DNA of 64,000 nucleotides from Mizuhopecten yessoensis (Eukaryota): NCBI RefSeq assembly GCF_002113885.1, contig NW_018408727.1, positions 28,334 to 92,333 of the forward strand, read 5' to 3'. Shown piece by piece: positions 50,228 to 64,000 of this stretch (position 1 is its first letter; each line of letters starts with the position of its first letter). The notes under the pieces were generated by a model. It saw only the letters and a program-made list of their open reading frames with translations, ran no database searches and was not told where the DNA came from. The position numbers and the translations under genes were made by a program.

Positions 50228-51400
50228 CCCATTCATTACAGTGAAATCGCCTATTAAATTAAGTGATATCGCCCATTCATTACAGTGATATCAGCCGTTC
50301 ATAACAGTGATATCGCCCATTCATTACAGTGATATCATCCATTCAGTACAGTGATATCATCCATTCAATACAGTGATATCGCCCATTCATTACAGTGATA
50401 TCAGCCGTTCATAACAGTGATATCATCCATTCAGTACAGTGATATCAGCCATTCATTACAATGATATCAGCCATTCATTACAGTGATATCAGCCATTCAT
50501 TACAATGATATCAGCCATTCATTACAGTGATATCATCCATTCAATACAGTGATATCGCCCATTCATTACAGTGATATCGCCCATTCATTACAGTGATATC
50601 GCCCATTCATTACAGTGATATCAGCCGTTCATTACAGTGATATCNNNNNNNNNNNNNNNNNNNNNNNNNNNNNNNNNNNNNNNNNNNNNNNNNNNNNNNN
50701 NNNNNNNNNNNNNNNNNNNNNNNNNNNNNNNNNNNNNNNNNNNNNNNNNNNNNNNNNNNNNNNNNNNNNNNNNNNNNNNNNNNNNNNNNNNNNNNNNNNN
50801 NNNNNNNNNNNNNNNNNNNNNNNNNNNNNNNNNNNNNNNNNNNNNNNNNNNNNNNNNNNNNNNNNNNNNNNNNNNNNNNNNNNNNNNNNNNNNNNNNNNN
50901 NNNNNNNNNNNNNNNNNNNNNNNNNNNNNNNNNNNNNNNNNNNNNNNNNNNNNNNNNNNNNNNNNNNNNNCCATTCATTACAGTGATATCGCCCATTCAT
51001 TACAGTGATATCAGCCATTCATTACAGTGCTATCAGCCATTCATTACAGTGTGTCGCCCATTCATTACAGTGATATCGCCCGTTCATTACAGTGATATCG
51101 CCCATTCATTACAGTGATATCAGCCATTCATTACAGTGATATTGCCCGTTCATTACAGTGATATCAGCCATTCATTACAGTGATATCGTCTATTCATTAC
51201 AGTGATATCAGCCATTCATTTCAGTGATATCAGCCGTTCATTACAGTGATATCGCCCATTCATTACAGTGATATCGTCTATTCATTACAGTGACATCAAC
51301 CATTCATTTCAGTGATATCAGCCGTTCATTACAGTGATATCGCCCATTCATTACAGTGATATCGGCATTTGAGTGATATCACCTATTCCTTATACGGATT
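50228..51400 (+). repeat. 22-bp minisatellite spanning a gap
   Basis: Unit ccattcattacagtgatatc(gc/ag); degenerate copies continue to about 51620. Confidence 0.95.
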
Positions 51401-52388
51401 TCGCCTATTCGTTATATATATAAACTTTATTTATTTAACAACAATCATGAAACAAGTTTTTACAACTTATACCAATCACTTTTGTTGGCCCGGATGTTCA
51501 TTAAATTCATTATAGTGAAATCATCAAACCATTTTAGTGATATCGCCTTTTCATTATAGTGATATCCGACCAATTCAATATAGTGATATCATCAAATCAT
51601 CAAAGTGATATCATATATTCATTATGGTTACATCACAAATGTGTTCATTATATCAGTAAACGAAAAGTTTATATCAACATAAAATGAAATGATGGTAATG
51701 TTAAATCGTTCTTGTAATATCGCCAATGCGTTAGTTAATATGACTTAAATGAAGCAAAACTTAAAATGGCCGAAATTTCTACATGTAAAATAACATATTC
51801 ACATATAACATATCACTCAACACACACGTGCGTGCGTCAGTGACGTCATACCCTGATGTTCTGACAGGTTTATCGCGTGTATCGCTATGTTAGAACTAGA
51901 TTCGACTGTATCTCAGTGTTAAACTAGATTTAGCTGACACCACCACCTCCTCCTCCTCCTCCGCATTTTACGTAGTCTAGATCTATATAAATGTAGTAAA
52001 GGCAACCAGCACTGACAACTCTGTCTGTAGGTAAGATAGTCCGCGAATTACCTACGTCACTCGCGCCCCTTCATAGGGTTGTGAGGTGCGTGTGTTGTTG
52101 TTTTTTTTATTTATATATGATGCTCTAGATATCAGACAGGTTAAATTGTTCATCAAGCCTTTCGTAATTATTATCAACTTTAACAAAATATACAAAACGC
52201 AAACATGTCATTTAGTGCATCATTTACTATCTACATTGAAGAGAAAAGGGACCAAACAAAAACACAAAACAACAACAACAACAAGGTGAAGGAAGACCAA
52301 AAGATAGCTGTTTGTGTGGTAAGACCCCTCCCCCTCCTTTGTATAGATAACAAAAAGTGAAAAGGTAAGCGTACGGATATAACCGCTA

Positions 52389-55300
52389 ATGCAGGTAGCG
52401 TATGGTCGGTATATATCAACTGTAAAGGTAGCGTATGGTCGGTATATATCAATTGTACAGATAGCGTATGGTCGTTATATATCAATTGTACAGGTAGCGT
52501 ATGGTCGTACTGAGTACGTTTCAAAATTGATAGAGATCGCGGCTAATTCAGAAAGCAAAATTTCCTGGTACCGAGCCATTCTCTATGATCGTGCTAAGGG
52601 TATTGACGGATGCCCGTCTTCAAAACTTGTTACACGCAAAACTACTACCAGAGGCCAAGCCCAGGAAAAGTATGCGAAAGATTGTTATGTATTACAGCAA
52701 TTCCTGGATGGTGAGTCAGCATCGGAGTTAGCTGATGTATTCTCCTCGTCTCAACGGATTGCTCGGTCCGCTAGCCAGCTGGACACTTCCGGTTTGAACT
52801 TCTCCGTTAGTAACCCAGAAGAATGTCTCCCAGTAAATCGTGCCGATATTGATTCACTGAAAATTGAGCTAGCAAGTCTTCGTGCACTACTTCATGAGTC
52901 AAGAGAAACTTCGAAAAACCGGATTGATTCGGTAATAGAGACGCAGAAGGGCTTAGCTCAAGATATATCCAGCATTAAATCCCAGCTCCGCAAGGCATGT
53001 GATTCAATTACTAAAGTGCTGGACACTGAACACTCTACCATATCTCCTTCAGTAGATTTCCCTGAGAGACTTCTTGTTGTTGCCTCCAAAGTTGCAACTC
53101 TAGAGAAATCTAGGAACTTGGTTAGCAAGGACATTTCCAACCTATCAAAGTCGATAGAAGATAATAGTCTTGGACTATCTCGTCTAAATGACGACCGGTT
53201 TGGCAGTGCTTCGGCCATTCACAATGATATCAGAACCATTGACGGGAAAATGACTGTGTTGGAACAAGATGTCAGCCGAGCGAAGTCAAGCGCTTCCTCG
53301 GCTGTTGACTGTGTCTCATCGCTGAAACCGCGCATCCGACAGGTTGAAGCTGATGTCAAAGAAGTCACTGGTAAGGCGAAGCAAGCTACAGACATTGCTG
53401 TCCGAGCATTTGCAGGGGAACTCAGCTCCCAGTTGACTAGTATGGAAGAATTTGTGTTGCAGAATGCCCAGATTTCCTTCATAGACAGTGTTCCGCCATC
53501 GTCTTCTGGCAAAAAGACTGCTATTCCTATTCCGCACAGTATTGCTCCTCCTGTTGCTCATATCGTCGAAACACAGAAGGGCATATCCGTTAGTGGAACG
53601 TCACCGCATCCTGCGGAAAGTCCTAAGCGACCTTCCCAGCAATCTCCCAGTGCTAGTTGTTCTAACCTATCTTATGCGAAATCACATTTGATCACCAAAG
53701 ATAGTGTCGATTCTAAAGCTTCTTCTAGAGTGCTCTCTGTAGAAAACAGTCCGAAATCTAGATGTCCGTCACACTCGCTCGCTGCGAAACAGCCAACTAA
53801 CAAAGCATGTAGTGCCGATTCTAGTGGATTCGTCGCTGTAGCTCGGAAAAAAACCACACGCCTCTTTCTCAGTGGTATGTCGTTGGAAAGGTGTTCCGTG
53901 GATGATATCAGATCATACCTGGAATCTCGTAACGTCAATGTTACGTTTGTTCGTCTGCTTAAAAGCAAACGGAAATATTCTGTGTCTGCGCGTGTCAACG
54001 TGATCTCGTCCGATATTCCAAAGACAAAGGAAGCTGGNNNNNNNNNNNNNNNNNNNNNNNNNNNNNNNNNNNNNGTAGCGTATGGTCGGTATATATCAAT
54101 TGTACAGGTAGCGTATGGTTGTTATACATCAATTGTACAGGTAGGGTATGGTCGGTATACATCAATTGTACAAGTAACGTATGGTTGTTATACATCAATT
54201 GTACAGGTAGCGTATGGTTGTTATACATCAATTGTGCAGGTAGCGTATGGTCGATATACATCAATTGTACAGATAGCGTATGGTTGGCATACATCAATTG
54301 TGCAGGTAGCGTATAGTTGTTATACATCAATTGTACAGGTAGCGTATGGTCGTTATATATCAATTGTGCAGGTAGCGTATGGTCGGTATATATCAATTGT
54401 GCAGGTAGCGTATGGTTGTTATACATCAATTGTACAGGTAGCGTATGGTCGGTATACATCAATTGTACAGATAGCGTATGGTCGGTATACATCAATTGTA
54501 CAGGTAGCGTATGGTCGGCATACATCAATTGTACAGGTAGCGTATGATTGTTATACATAAATTGTACAGATAGCGTATGGTCGTTATATATCAATTGTGC
54601 AGATAGCGTATGGTTGGTATACATCAATTGTACAGATAGCGTACGGTTGGTATACATCAATTGTGCAGGTAGCGTATGGTTGTTATACATCAATTGTACA
54701 GATAGCGTATGGTCGTTATATATCAATTGTGCAGATAGCGTATGGTTGTTATACATCATTTGTGCAGGTAGCGTATGGTCGGTATACATCAATTGTGCAG
54801 CTAGCGTATGGTTGTTATACATCAATTGTACAGATAGCGTATGGTTGTTATACACCAATTGTACAGATAGCGTATGGTTGTTATACATCAATTGTGCAGA
54901 TAGCGTATGGTNATTGTACAAGTAACGTATGGTTGTTATACATCAATTGTACAGGTAGCGTATGGTTGTTATACATCAATTGTGCAGGTAGCGTATGGTC
55001 GGTATACATCAATTGTACAGATAGCGTATGGTTGACATACATCAATTGTGCAGGTAGCGTATGGTTGTTATACATCAATTGTACAGGTAGCGTATGGTCG
55101 TTATAGATCAATTATGCAGGTAGCGTATGGTCGGTATACATCAATTGTGCAGGTAGCGTATGGTTGTTATACATCAATTGTACAGGTAGCGTATGGTCGG
55201 TATACATCAATTGTACAGATAGCGTATGGTCGGTATACATCAATTGTACAGGTAGCGTATGGTCGGCATACATCAATTGTACAGGTAGCGTATGATTGTT

Positions 55301-56930
55301 ATACATAAATTGTACAGATAGCGTATGGTCGTTATATATCAATTGTGCAGATAGCGTATGGTTGGTATACATCAATTGTACAGATAGCGTACGGTTGGTA
55401 TACATCAATTGTGCAGGTAGCGTATGGTTGTCATACATCAATTGTACAGATAGCGTATGGTCGTTATATATCAATTGTGCAGATAGCGTATGGTTGGTAT
55501 TCATCAATTGTACAGATAGCGTACGGTTGGTATACATCAATTGTGCAGGTAGCGTATGGTTGTTATACATCAATTGTGCGTATGGTCGGTATACATCAAT
55601 TGTACAAGTAACGTATGGTCGGTATATATCAATTGTACAGGTAGCCTATGGTTGGTATACATCAATTGTACAGGTAGCGGATGGTCGATATACACCAATT
55701 GTACAGGTAGCGTATGGTTGGTATAATCAATTGTACAGGTAGCGTATGGTTGTTATACATCAATTGTAAAGGTAGCGTATGGTCGGTATACATCAATTGT
55801 GCAGCTAGCGTATGGTTGTTATACATCAATTGTACAGGTAGCGTATGGGCGATATACACCAATTGTACAGGGAGCGTATGGTTGGTATACATCAATTGTA
55901 CACGTAACGTATGGTCGGTATATATCAATTGTACAGGTAGGGTATGGTCGGTATACATCAATTGTACAAGTAACGTATGGTCGGTATATATCAATTGTAC
56001 AGGTAGGGTATGGTCGGTATACATCAATTGTACAAGTAACGTATGGTCGGTATATATCAATTGTACAGGTAGGGTATGGTCGGTATACATCAATTTATAT
56101 ATATTAATTGTACAGGTAACGAATTGTTGGTATACCATAAATGCAATCTGACCACGGTTTACCTGATATGACCTGACAATCTAGCCATGTATACATCAAT
56201 TATACTGGTAACGTTATGTTGTTATACATCAATTGTGCAGGTAGCGTATGGTCGGTATACATCAATTGTGCAGCTAGCGTATGGTTGTTATACATCAATT
56301 GTACAGGTAGGGTATGGTCGGTATACATCAATTTATATATATTAATTGTACAGGTAACGAATTGTTGGTATACCATAAATGCAATCTGACCACGGTTTAC
56401 CTGATATGACCTGACAATCTAGCCATGTATACATCAATTATACTGGTAACGTTATGTTGTTATACATCAATTGTGCAGGTAGCGTATGGTTGTTATACAT
56501 CAATTGTGCGTATGGTCGGTATACATCAATTGTACAAGTAACGTATGGTCGGTATATATCAATTGTACAGGTAGGGTATGGTCGGTATACATCAATTGTA
56601 CAAGTAACGTATGGTCGGTATATATCAATTGTACAGGTAGGGTATGGTCGGTATACATCAATTGTACAAGTAACGTATGGTCGGTATATATCAATTGTAC
56701 AGGTAGCGTATGGTCGGTATACATCAATTGTACAGGTAGCGTATGGTCGATATACACCAATTGTACAGGTAGCGTATGGTTGGTATACATCAATTGTACA
56801 CGTAACGTATGGTCGGTATATATCAATTGTACAGGTAGCGTATGGTTGGTATACATCAATTGTACAGGTAGCGTATGGTCGGTTATACATTAATTGTACA
56901 CGTAACGTATGGTCGGTATATATACATTGT
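52389..56930 (+). repeat. 33-bp minisatellite, interrupted by a unique insert at 52508-54037
   Basis: Unit tacatcaattgtacaggtagcgtatggtcggta; it explains the many spurious YTSIVQVAYG / YINCTGSVW ORFs. Confidence 0.95.
52508..54037 (+). mobile_element. open 510-codon segment resembling non-LTR retrotransposon ORF1 (coiled coil plus C-terminal RRM-like domain), truncated by a gap
   Basis: No stops and GC-richer than the flanks. Heptad-rich coiled-coil region, S/P-rich linker, then GFVAVARKKTTRLFLSGM...VDDIRSYLESRNVNVTFVRLLKSKRKYSVSARVNV, resembling the RRM-like end of L2/CR1-group ORF1s. Confidence 0.6.
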
Positions 56931-57699
56931 ACATGTGACGTATGTTTAGAATACATTACCATATACTCATACAGGAACAAATCACAAATTTATTCGGTCA
57001 AAGATGCACGTACATGGCGTGTGTGATTCGCACGATACAAGATAAAGAGATGATTTGTACTGCTATCTGTTCGCCCAGTAGAACACATCAACATACGTGG
57101 GGAGCTTGTACAATGAGGATATAGACCTACATGTATATAGGTCCGGTCTGGTCACTGACCACGGTCTTGATAGAGTATCGGCCCCAGTTTTTGTAGAGAA
57201 TTAGATTTTCGGGGATGGGTTGCTACATCATTCACGCTATTTTGAAATATGTGAAATAATACAAAGAAGCGACAATCCCACAATTGCAATAGCATGAATA
57301 TATGTTTAACTTGTTCATCACGCGCTGTCTATGATTATTGTGTGTTGTATTTTCGGGAGAGGGGCCTAGTAGCTTGTAACCAATCCCTTTGACTATTTTT
57401 CAATAAAATATGTTTGAATGAATCAGTGTAATCATAGTCTGTAGTATCATAATCGGTACAGTACATTTTTGAAGTTTAGTATTGAAACGGATCTGATTAA
57501 TTAATCGGAGTGATCATATGCTGATGTCACACTGTACGGCAACATTAAAACATCCATATAGGAATTACACATATTTATGAATAACTTTCGTATATACGAT
57601 TATTTCAAATGTACTACTTTATAAAGGGTTAATCTAATGTGTTACTGTAAACAAAGTGATTTTAGATGAACAGGTGGTATAAGAGATTTTCAAATAAAA

Positions 57700-58720
57700 C
57701 ACTGTGTACAGGGTTATTGTAAAAGTAAAACTATATGTGCAGGGTTATTATAAAAGTAAAACTGTGTACAGAGTTATTGTAAAATATGTACAGGGTTATT
57801 GTGAAAGTAAAACTATGTACAGGGTTATTGTAAAAAGTAAAACTATATGTACAGGTTTATTGTAAAAGTAAAACTATATTCAGGGTTATTGTAAAAGTAA
57901 CCCTGTGTACAGGGCTATTGTTAAAGTAAAACTATTACAGGGTTATTGTAAAAGTAAATCTGTGTACAGGGTTATTGTAAAAGTAAAACTGTGTACAGGG
58001 TTAAAGTAAAACTATGTACAGGGTTATTGTAAAAGTAAAACTATGTACAGGGTTATTGTAAAAGTAAAACTATGCACAGGGTTATTGTAAAAGTAACCAT
58101 GTGTACAGGGCTATTGTAAAAGTAAAACTATGCACGGGGCTATTGTAAAAGTAAAACTGTGTACAGGGTTATTGTAAAAGCAAAACTGTGTACAGGGTTA
58201 TTGTAAAAGTAAAACTATGTACAGGGTTATTGTGAAATATGTACAGGGTTATTGTGAAAATAAAACTATGTACAGGGTTATTGTAAGTTAAAACTATGTA
58301 CAGGGTTATTGTAAAAGTAAAACTGTGTACAGGGTTATTGTAAAAGTAAAACTGTGTACAGGGTTATTGTAAAAGCAAAACTGTGTACAGGGTTAATGTA
58401 AAAAATGTACATGGTTATTGTAAAAGTAAAACTATGTACAGGGTTATTGTAAAAGTAAAACTATGTACAGGGTTATTGTAAAATATGTACAGGGTTATTG
58501 TGAAAATAAAACTATGTACAGGGTTATTGTAAGTTAAAACTATGTACAGGGTTATTGTAAAAGTAAAACTATGTACAGGGTTATTGTAAAAGTAAAACTA
58601 TGTACAGGGTTATTGTAAAATATGTACATGGTTATTGTGAAAGTAAAACTATGTGCAGGGTTATTGTAAGGTAAAACTATGTACAGGGTTATTGTAAGTT
58701 AAAACTATGTACAGGGTTAT
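57700..58720 (+). repeat. 29-bp minisatellite A
   Basis: Unit cagggttattgtaaaagtaaaactatgta. Confidence 0.95.
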
Positions 58721-59064
58721 ATTTATGGAAAAACTGCATACAGAGTTACTATTATGTTACCTGTGTTGCAAGATGATTTATATAAGTAAATCTGATACAA
58801 AAGTATTTAAGATTTTATAAGTCGAACTGTATTCAAGGTTATTTTATTGCGATATACAGGGTAATTTAAGATATAGTAGTTTTAAGATGTAATAATGTGT
58901 ACACAGTAATTTTAGATAACATAATGCATTCAATGTAGATGTTATATTTATGCGTGTCGTTTTATTTTAGAAATAATATACAGTGTTAGTTTAGATACAC
59001 TAATACATTCAATGTTATTTTCAGATCCTTTAAAATGTCATCATGATTATTATAGATGTTATAC

Positions 59065-59680
59065 TGTATTCAGGGTTATTTTAGATGAGTTAATGTATTC
59101 AGGGTTATTTTAGATGTGTTAATGTATTCAGGGTTATTTTAGATGAGTTAATATATTCAGGGTTATTTTAGACGAGTTAATATATTCAGGGTTATTTTAG
59201 ATGAGTTAATGTATTCAGGATTATTTTAGACGAGTTAATATATTCAGGGTTATTTTAGATGAGTTAATATATTCAGGGTTATTTTAGATGAGTTAATATA
59301 TTCAGGTTTATTTTAGATGAGTTACTGTGTTCAGGTTTATTTTAGATGAGTTAATGTTTTCAGGGTTATTTTAGATGAGTTAATGTATTCAGGGTTATTT
59401 TAGACGAGTTAATGTATTCAGGATTATTTTATATGAGTTACTGTGTTCAGGTTTATTTTAGATGAGTTAATGTTTTCAGGGTTATTTTAGATGAGTTAAT
59501 GTATTCAGGGTTATTTTATATGAGTTACTATGTTCAGGTTTATTTTAGATGAGTTAATGTTTTCAGGGTTATTTTAGATGAGTTAATGTATTCAGGGTTA
59601 TTTTAGATGAGTTAATATATTCAGGGTTATTTTAGATAACTTAAAGTATTCAGGGTTATTTTAGATGAGTTAATGTATTA
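59065..59680 (+). repeat. 29-bp minisatellite B, related to A
   Basis: Unit cagggttattttagatgagttaatgtatt. Confidence 0.95.
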
Positions 59681-60489
59681 ACGCGGTTTTCTTGGTAAGA
59701 TAAATCCCGAGTTCAACACATACCGAGCGAGACGTACATGTATTTGAAACATGTTTTCATTCTTGCGTGCTTTTCATTTCAGCGATTTTTTTTTATTTCT
59801 CGAAAGCTCTGTTGTGAGTCACTTTCGAGGCATGATAGCAAAGACCAAGAATAGCATCTCTTTACAATGAAGATTTACAAGTCGGAATGTGTATGTATCT
59901 TTCTATGTTTATGCATTTACTATGTTTTTGACCTTGCGGTCATTGCTATAGAGATGTGTGGACGTTCTAAGTGAGTTTGAACTAAGGACGAAACCCCCTT
60001 TAACAACTGATAACTGGCACTGACCGTTCGATGAGTTGTAACAGATCTAGAGTCAGCGAGAGACCTGGGCGGGCGCCAACAGTTCCATGACCGAACAGTT
60101 AAAAAACGCCGCCCTAAAAAAATAACACCGTGCATGCACAACGAAAATATGAGACATAACAAATAGGCAAAGACATCACATAACAATCACTGGTAAGTTT
60201 ACTTTTATGTGAGTATCGGGACGATGGGGGCGTTTATTGATCCCCCTATTGTTAAATGCCAGCGTGTAATGCATCCTATTCTGAGATGTCTTTCGGCGAA
60301 AGGGCCGCCGCCGATATACTGCCCTAGTGGGCACAGGACCATCTCACCAGCTTAACAGGTAAATCGATCTAGTCAGGCATTATACATTGTTATGCATTAA
60401 CACAAATTGATGTGTTTGGGGGTCTAACGGTGCCTCGAATTGATCTCAAATGTAATTTGCTATCATCTACAGTTATAAAATATAATGCC

Positions 60490-60850
60490 AGTTTACTTGA
60501 TGTGACTAGCTCGGTAATCTGACCACGTGATGTGACCTGACAATCTGACCACGGTTTACTTGATGTGACTGGACAATGTGACCATGGTTTACTTGATGTG
60601 ACCTGACAATCTGACCACGGTTTACTTGATGTGACCTGATAATCTGACCACGGTTTACTTGATGTGACCTGACAATCTGACCACGGTTTACTTGACGTGA
60701 CAGGACAATCTGACCACAATTTACTTGATGAAACCTGACAATCTGACCACGGTTTACTTGATGTGACCTTGCTATCTGACCACGGTTTACATGATGTGAC
60801 CTGACAATCTGACCACGGTTTACTTGATGTGACTGGTCAATCAGATCATA
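60490..60850 (+). repeat. 33-bp minisatellite
   Basis: Unit tttacttgatgtgacctgacaatctgaccacgg. Confidence 0.93.
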
Positions 60851-61554
60851 GTTTTGTCAATAGTAGCCAACTTGTTATGCTACTTTAGGCTTCCTATGGT
60901 TGTTATGGTACGCCGAAAAGGAACCAAAATATTGACGTATCGCTTCTACCATATGAAATAAAAACAAAAAGAAGTACGAAAGTTTATGAATATTTGTATT
61001 GCATATGTCCTTTATCAAACTCTCGTTAGTGATGCTTTAACAGACAGGAAGTATTTAAATGACTCGTTATTTCAAAAACATGTAACATTTATATAGACAG
61101 ACACAATAAAATTGAGCACTAACGTGTTACATGAAAGCCGTCTGCTCTTCTATCGATATTACCGGCCGGTTGTAGCGCCGACAGAAAATAATAATAATTA
61201 TTGGCAGCAAGCTTCACAAGAAAAGATACAATGCAATTTTGCAGCAACACGTGTTTCATATAAAACAATACTCAAAAACACTATTATACCTCTATACCTG
61301 CCAGTACAGTAGAACAATTCATTATAACAAAACATATTGTTACTGAAATGTTCCAATTGTTTTAAGAGATCTTTCTTAGCGTCACCAGAACAAAACTTAA
61401 ACCCTACAACATAGTATCCCAGCTCTTATATGGCTCTTAATGCTAGAGAATGACGGAGCGTAATCTTCACAAGATGTCCACATTTTCATTCACAAAGTCT
61501 GGGAAGGAAGAAAAAAAAATTAAGAATATTTTGGTCCAACACAATATGAAATCA

Positions 61555-61825
61555 GGGCCCATATTCATGAAACCGTTCTCATGCTCAAACGTTAACTCAT
61601 GATCTATGCCCAAGACCAGTTTCTTGTTCAAGTAATAAATTAGTAAATAATCACATTTTGTTCATAATTTTGACGAATTTTGAAGAGACTTCGTGCCAAA
61701 TACCAATTTCATCATTACCACTTGAATTTTTAACCATGTCTCATGATTTAAGTGAGTAACAAGAAACGGTGTTTAAGCCTGAATCCATGCTTGAGCATGA
61801 ACACGGTTTCTTGAACACAGGCCCC
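61555..61825. mobile_element. MITE with about 35-bp TIRs (PIF/Harbinger-like GGGCC ends)
   Basis: gggcccatattcatgaaaccgttctcatgctcaa versus reverse complement of the right end ggggcctgtgttcaagaaaccgtgttcatgctcaa. Confidence 0.7.
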
Positions 61826-61834
61826 GAACCTCTT

Positions 61835-62040
61835 CAACAGAACATCAAGAAGTCATGGTCACCATAATTAAGACAGGACAATGGAAATGGCTTGCCTACG
61901 AGATCCAGGATTGCACGGAGGCGCACAACAGAGGCAGCTATGATGAAAGATCCCCAGAAAACATTGGGGAAAGTACAAAGACTGGCCGACAGGAGCGGAG
62001 AAACTTCGTTGCTGAACGCCAAACGATTAAAGGATAGTAA
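61835..62040 (+). mobile_element. degenerate RTE-clade LINE 3' end
   Basis: Frame-broken peptides QWKWLA..., MKDPQKTLGKVQRLA and RQERRNFVA resemble the RTE ORF2 C-terminus (W.W.GH...TW..V.RLA.DR..WR.FV.AL). Confidence 0.45.
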
Positions 62041-63109
62041 ATATGGAAATGACGATGCAGAGCTGCGTAAGTGTACTCCATCAGGTCTATGGTCTGGGAA
62101 TCAAGTCGCTCATTCACCAGATTTCAATGTTGCGCGTTCCCTTCCCCATATGTATTGAGCTGACATTGAAAAGAAATGGTCACGGTGACTTAAATGTGTG
62201 CCTTATTTGGACCTTGATTTTGTCTGGATAATATCTCCCACATCATGCCATCTGCGATTATCAAAGTTGGTACATCTTAGAAGGCGGGGGTGTCAAGTTC
62301 AAAATAGGTCATTGTGACATTCATCTAGACCTTTGACCTTAATTAAGAATGCAAAATATGTGTCCGGAGCATATATCCCATATTATTTCACCTGCGATCA
62401 TAAACAACACCTGGTACGCTGGTAGATCTTCCGTGAGCGGGCCATTATCTGTAGGTCTGTATGAATCGAGTCCTTAAGTAGTTCAGCGGTAAGAGATATT
62501 AACAATGTGTTGCAATATAATCTTATTCCAAAAAGGTTCACGAGAAACAAGGTTTGTGGGAGTGTTCTGTATTTTAGACCAATACGTTCCTTTTTCCTTG
62601 GATGATCGGAATGTGTCTCGGACAGACGTTGGTAAATCTCAATTCTCTCCAACTGCCTTCTATGGCCGACATGTAAATTTGTATCGAACTGATATACATG
62701 ATGTTTCTTCCCTTACCACTTACTTTGTATTCGGAGAGTTTATTGTGATTGGAACTCATTGTGGAGATGTTGCATTTCTTTGTCTTTTTGGATCGTCAGT
62801 TTTAATATTTAAAAATATGGTTTTAGGAGATTAATTAAAAGTGTTTTTCACATGACTTGCATGTGTCGTCCTGGTTAAACTGTAAGAAGTGTAGGCGAAA
62901 CTGTTACAGTGTATGATAAAGCATCATGATAAAGCAAGTTGCAGTTAACCTGCGTGTATATAGTAATTAGCCAACGATGTACTACTTTTTGTGATTGGCA
63001 TGGCAACGAATCCCCAGGAACAAGTGAAACACGTTGCGTTAATCAGCAACTTCCCAAGGTCACCAGATACCCAGTATCAAGTTATGTCCATAGTCGGCAA
63101 CACCCATGA

Positions 63110-63990
63110 ATGTTAGTGAACAGTTACACACGATGTCATTTACAATTACATACAATGTCGACAGACAATTACACACGATGTCATTTACAATTACACACAA
63201 TGTCGACGGACAATTACACACGATGTCATTTACAATTACACACAATGTCAATGGACAATTACACACTATGTCGACGGACAACTACACACAATGTCGACGG
63301 ACAATTACACACAATGTCAATGGACAATTACACACAATGTCGACGGACAATTACACACAATGTCGACGGACAACTACACACAATGTCGACGGACAATTAC
63401 ACACAATGTCAATGGACAATTACACACAAAGGACAATCACACACAATGTGGACGGACAATTACACACAATGTCGACGGACAATTACACACAATGTCGACA
63501 GACAATTACACACAATATCAATGGACAATTACACAATGTCGATGGACAATTACACACGATGTCAATGGACAATTACATACAATGTCAATGGACAATTACA
63601 CACAATGTCGACGGACAATTACACACGATGTCAATGGACAATTACATACAATGTCAATGGACAATTACACACAATGTCGACGGACAATTTCACACAATGT
63701 CTATGGACAATTACACACAATGTCAATGAACAATTACACACAATGTCAATGGACAATTACACAATGTCGACGGACAATTACACACAATAACAATGGACAA
63801 TTACACACAATGTCAATATACAATTACACACTATGTCAATGGACAATTACATACAATGGACAATTACATACAATGTCGACGGACAATTACACACAATGGA
63901 CAATTACACACAATGGACAATTTCACACAATGTCAATGGTAAATAACACCCAGTTATGTCATTGGACAGTTACACCCAGTTATGTCAAAT
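63110..63990 (+). repeat. about 23-bp minisatellite
   Basis: Unit acaattacacacaatgtc(gac/aat)gg. Confidence 0.95.
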
Positions 63991-64000
63991 GATAGTGACA

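Noticed and set aside
53995-57026. Many overlapping ORFs on both strands; also considered as a CRISPR-like array
   Set aside because: Head-to-tail 33-bp minisatellite without unique spacers, in a eukaryotic context with no cas genes.
63060-63992. Three-frame ORFs over 200 aa
   Set aside because: Translations of a 23-bp minisatellite.

Overview
AT-rich, intron-containing animal genomic DNA with four assembly gaps. The repeat families suggest a mollusc, most likely a bivalve; this is an inference. Four spliced protein-coding genes can be reconstructed with GT-AG junctions and consistent phases: (1) a 139-aa stand-alone ADP-ribosyltransferase-like gene resembling the bacterial polymorphic-toxin family Tox-ART-HYD1 (+, 7633-8772), which the ORF track misses; (2) MED8 (-, 7 coding exons); (3) NF-YC (+, 9 coding exons), head-to-head with MED8 across a CCAAT/ETS-rich bidirectional promoter; (4) a DNAJB4-type Hsp40 (-, 2 exons) with a phased heat-shock element. 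The rest is LINE fragments, tRNA-derived SINEs, MITE/HINE elements and many satellite arrays. Most interesting: the HYD-type toxin-like ART gene and a decayed duplicate of its 5' region; tandem arrays of duplicated 5' splice sites in introns of both MED8 and NF-YC; and a cluster of 23-39 bp palindromes with 7-bp flanking duplications that resemble P-superfamily excision footprints. All family assignments are by eye from motifs; no searches were run.
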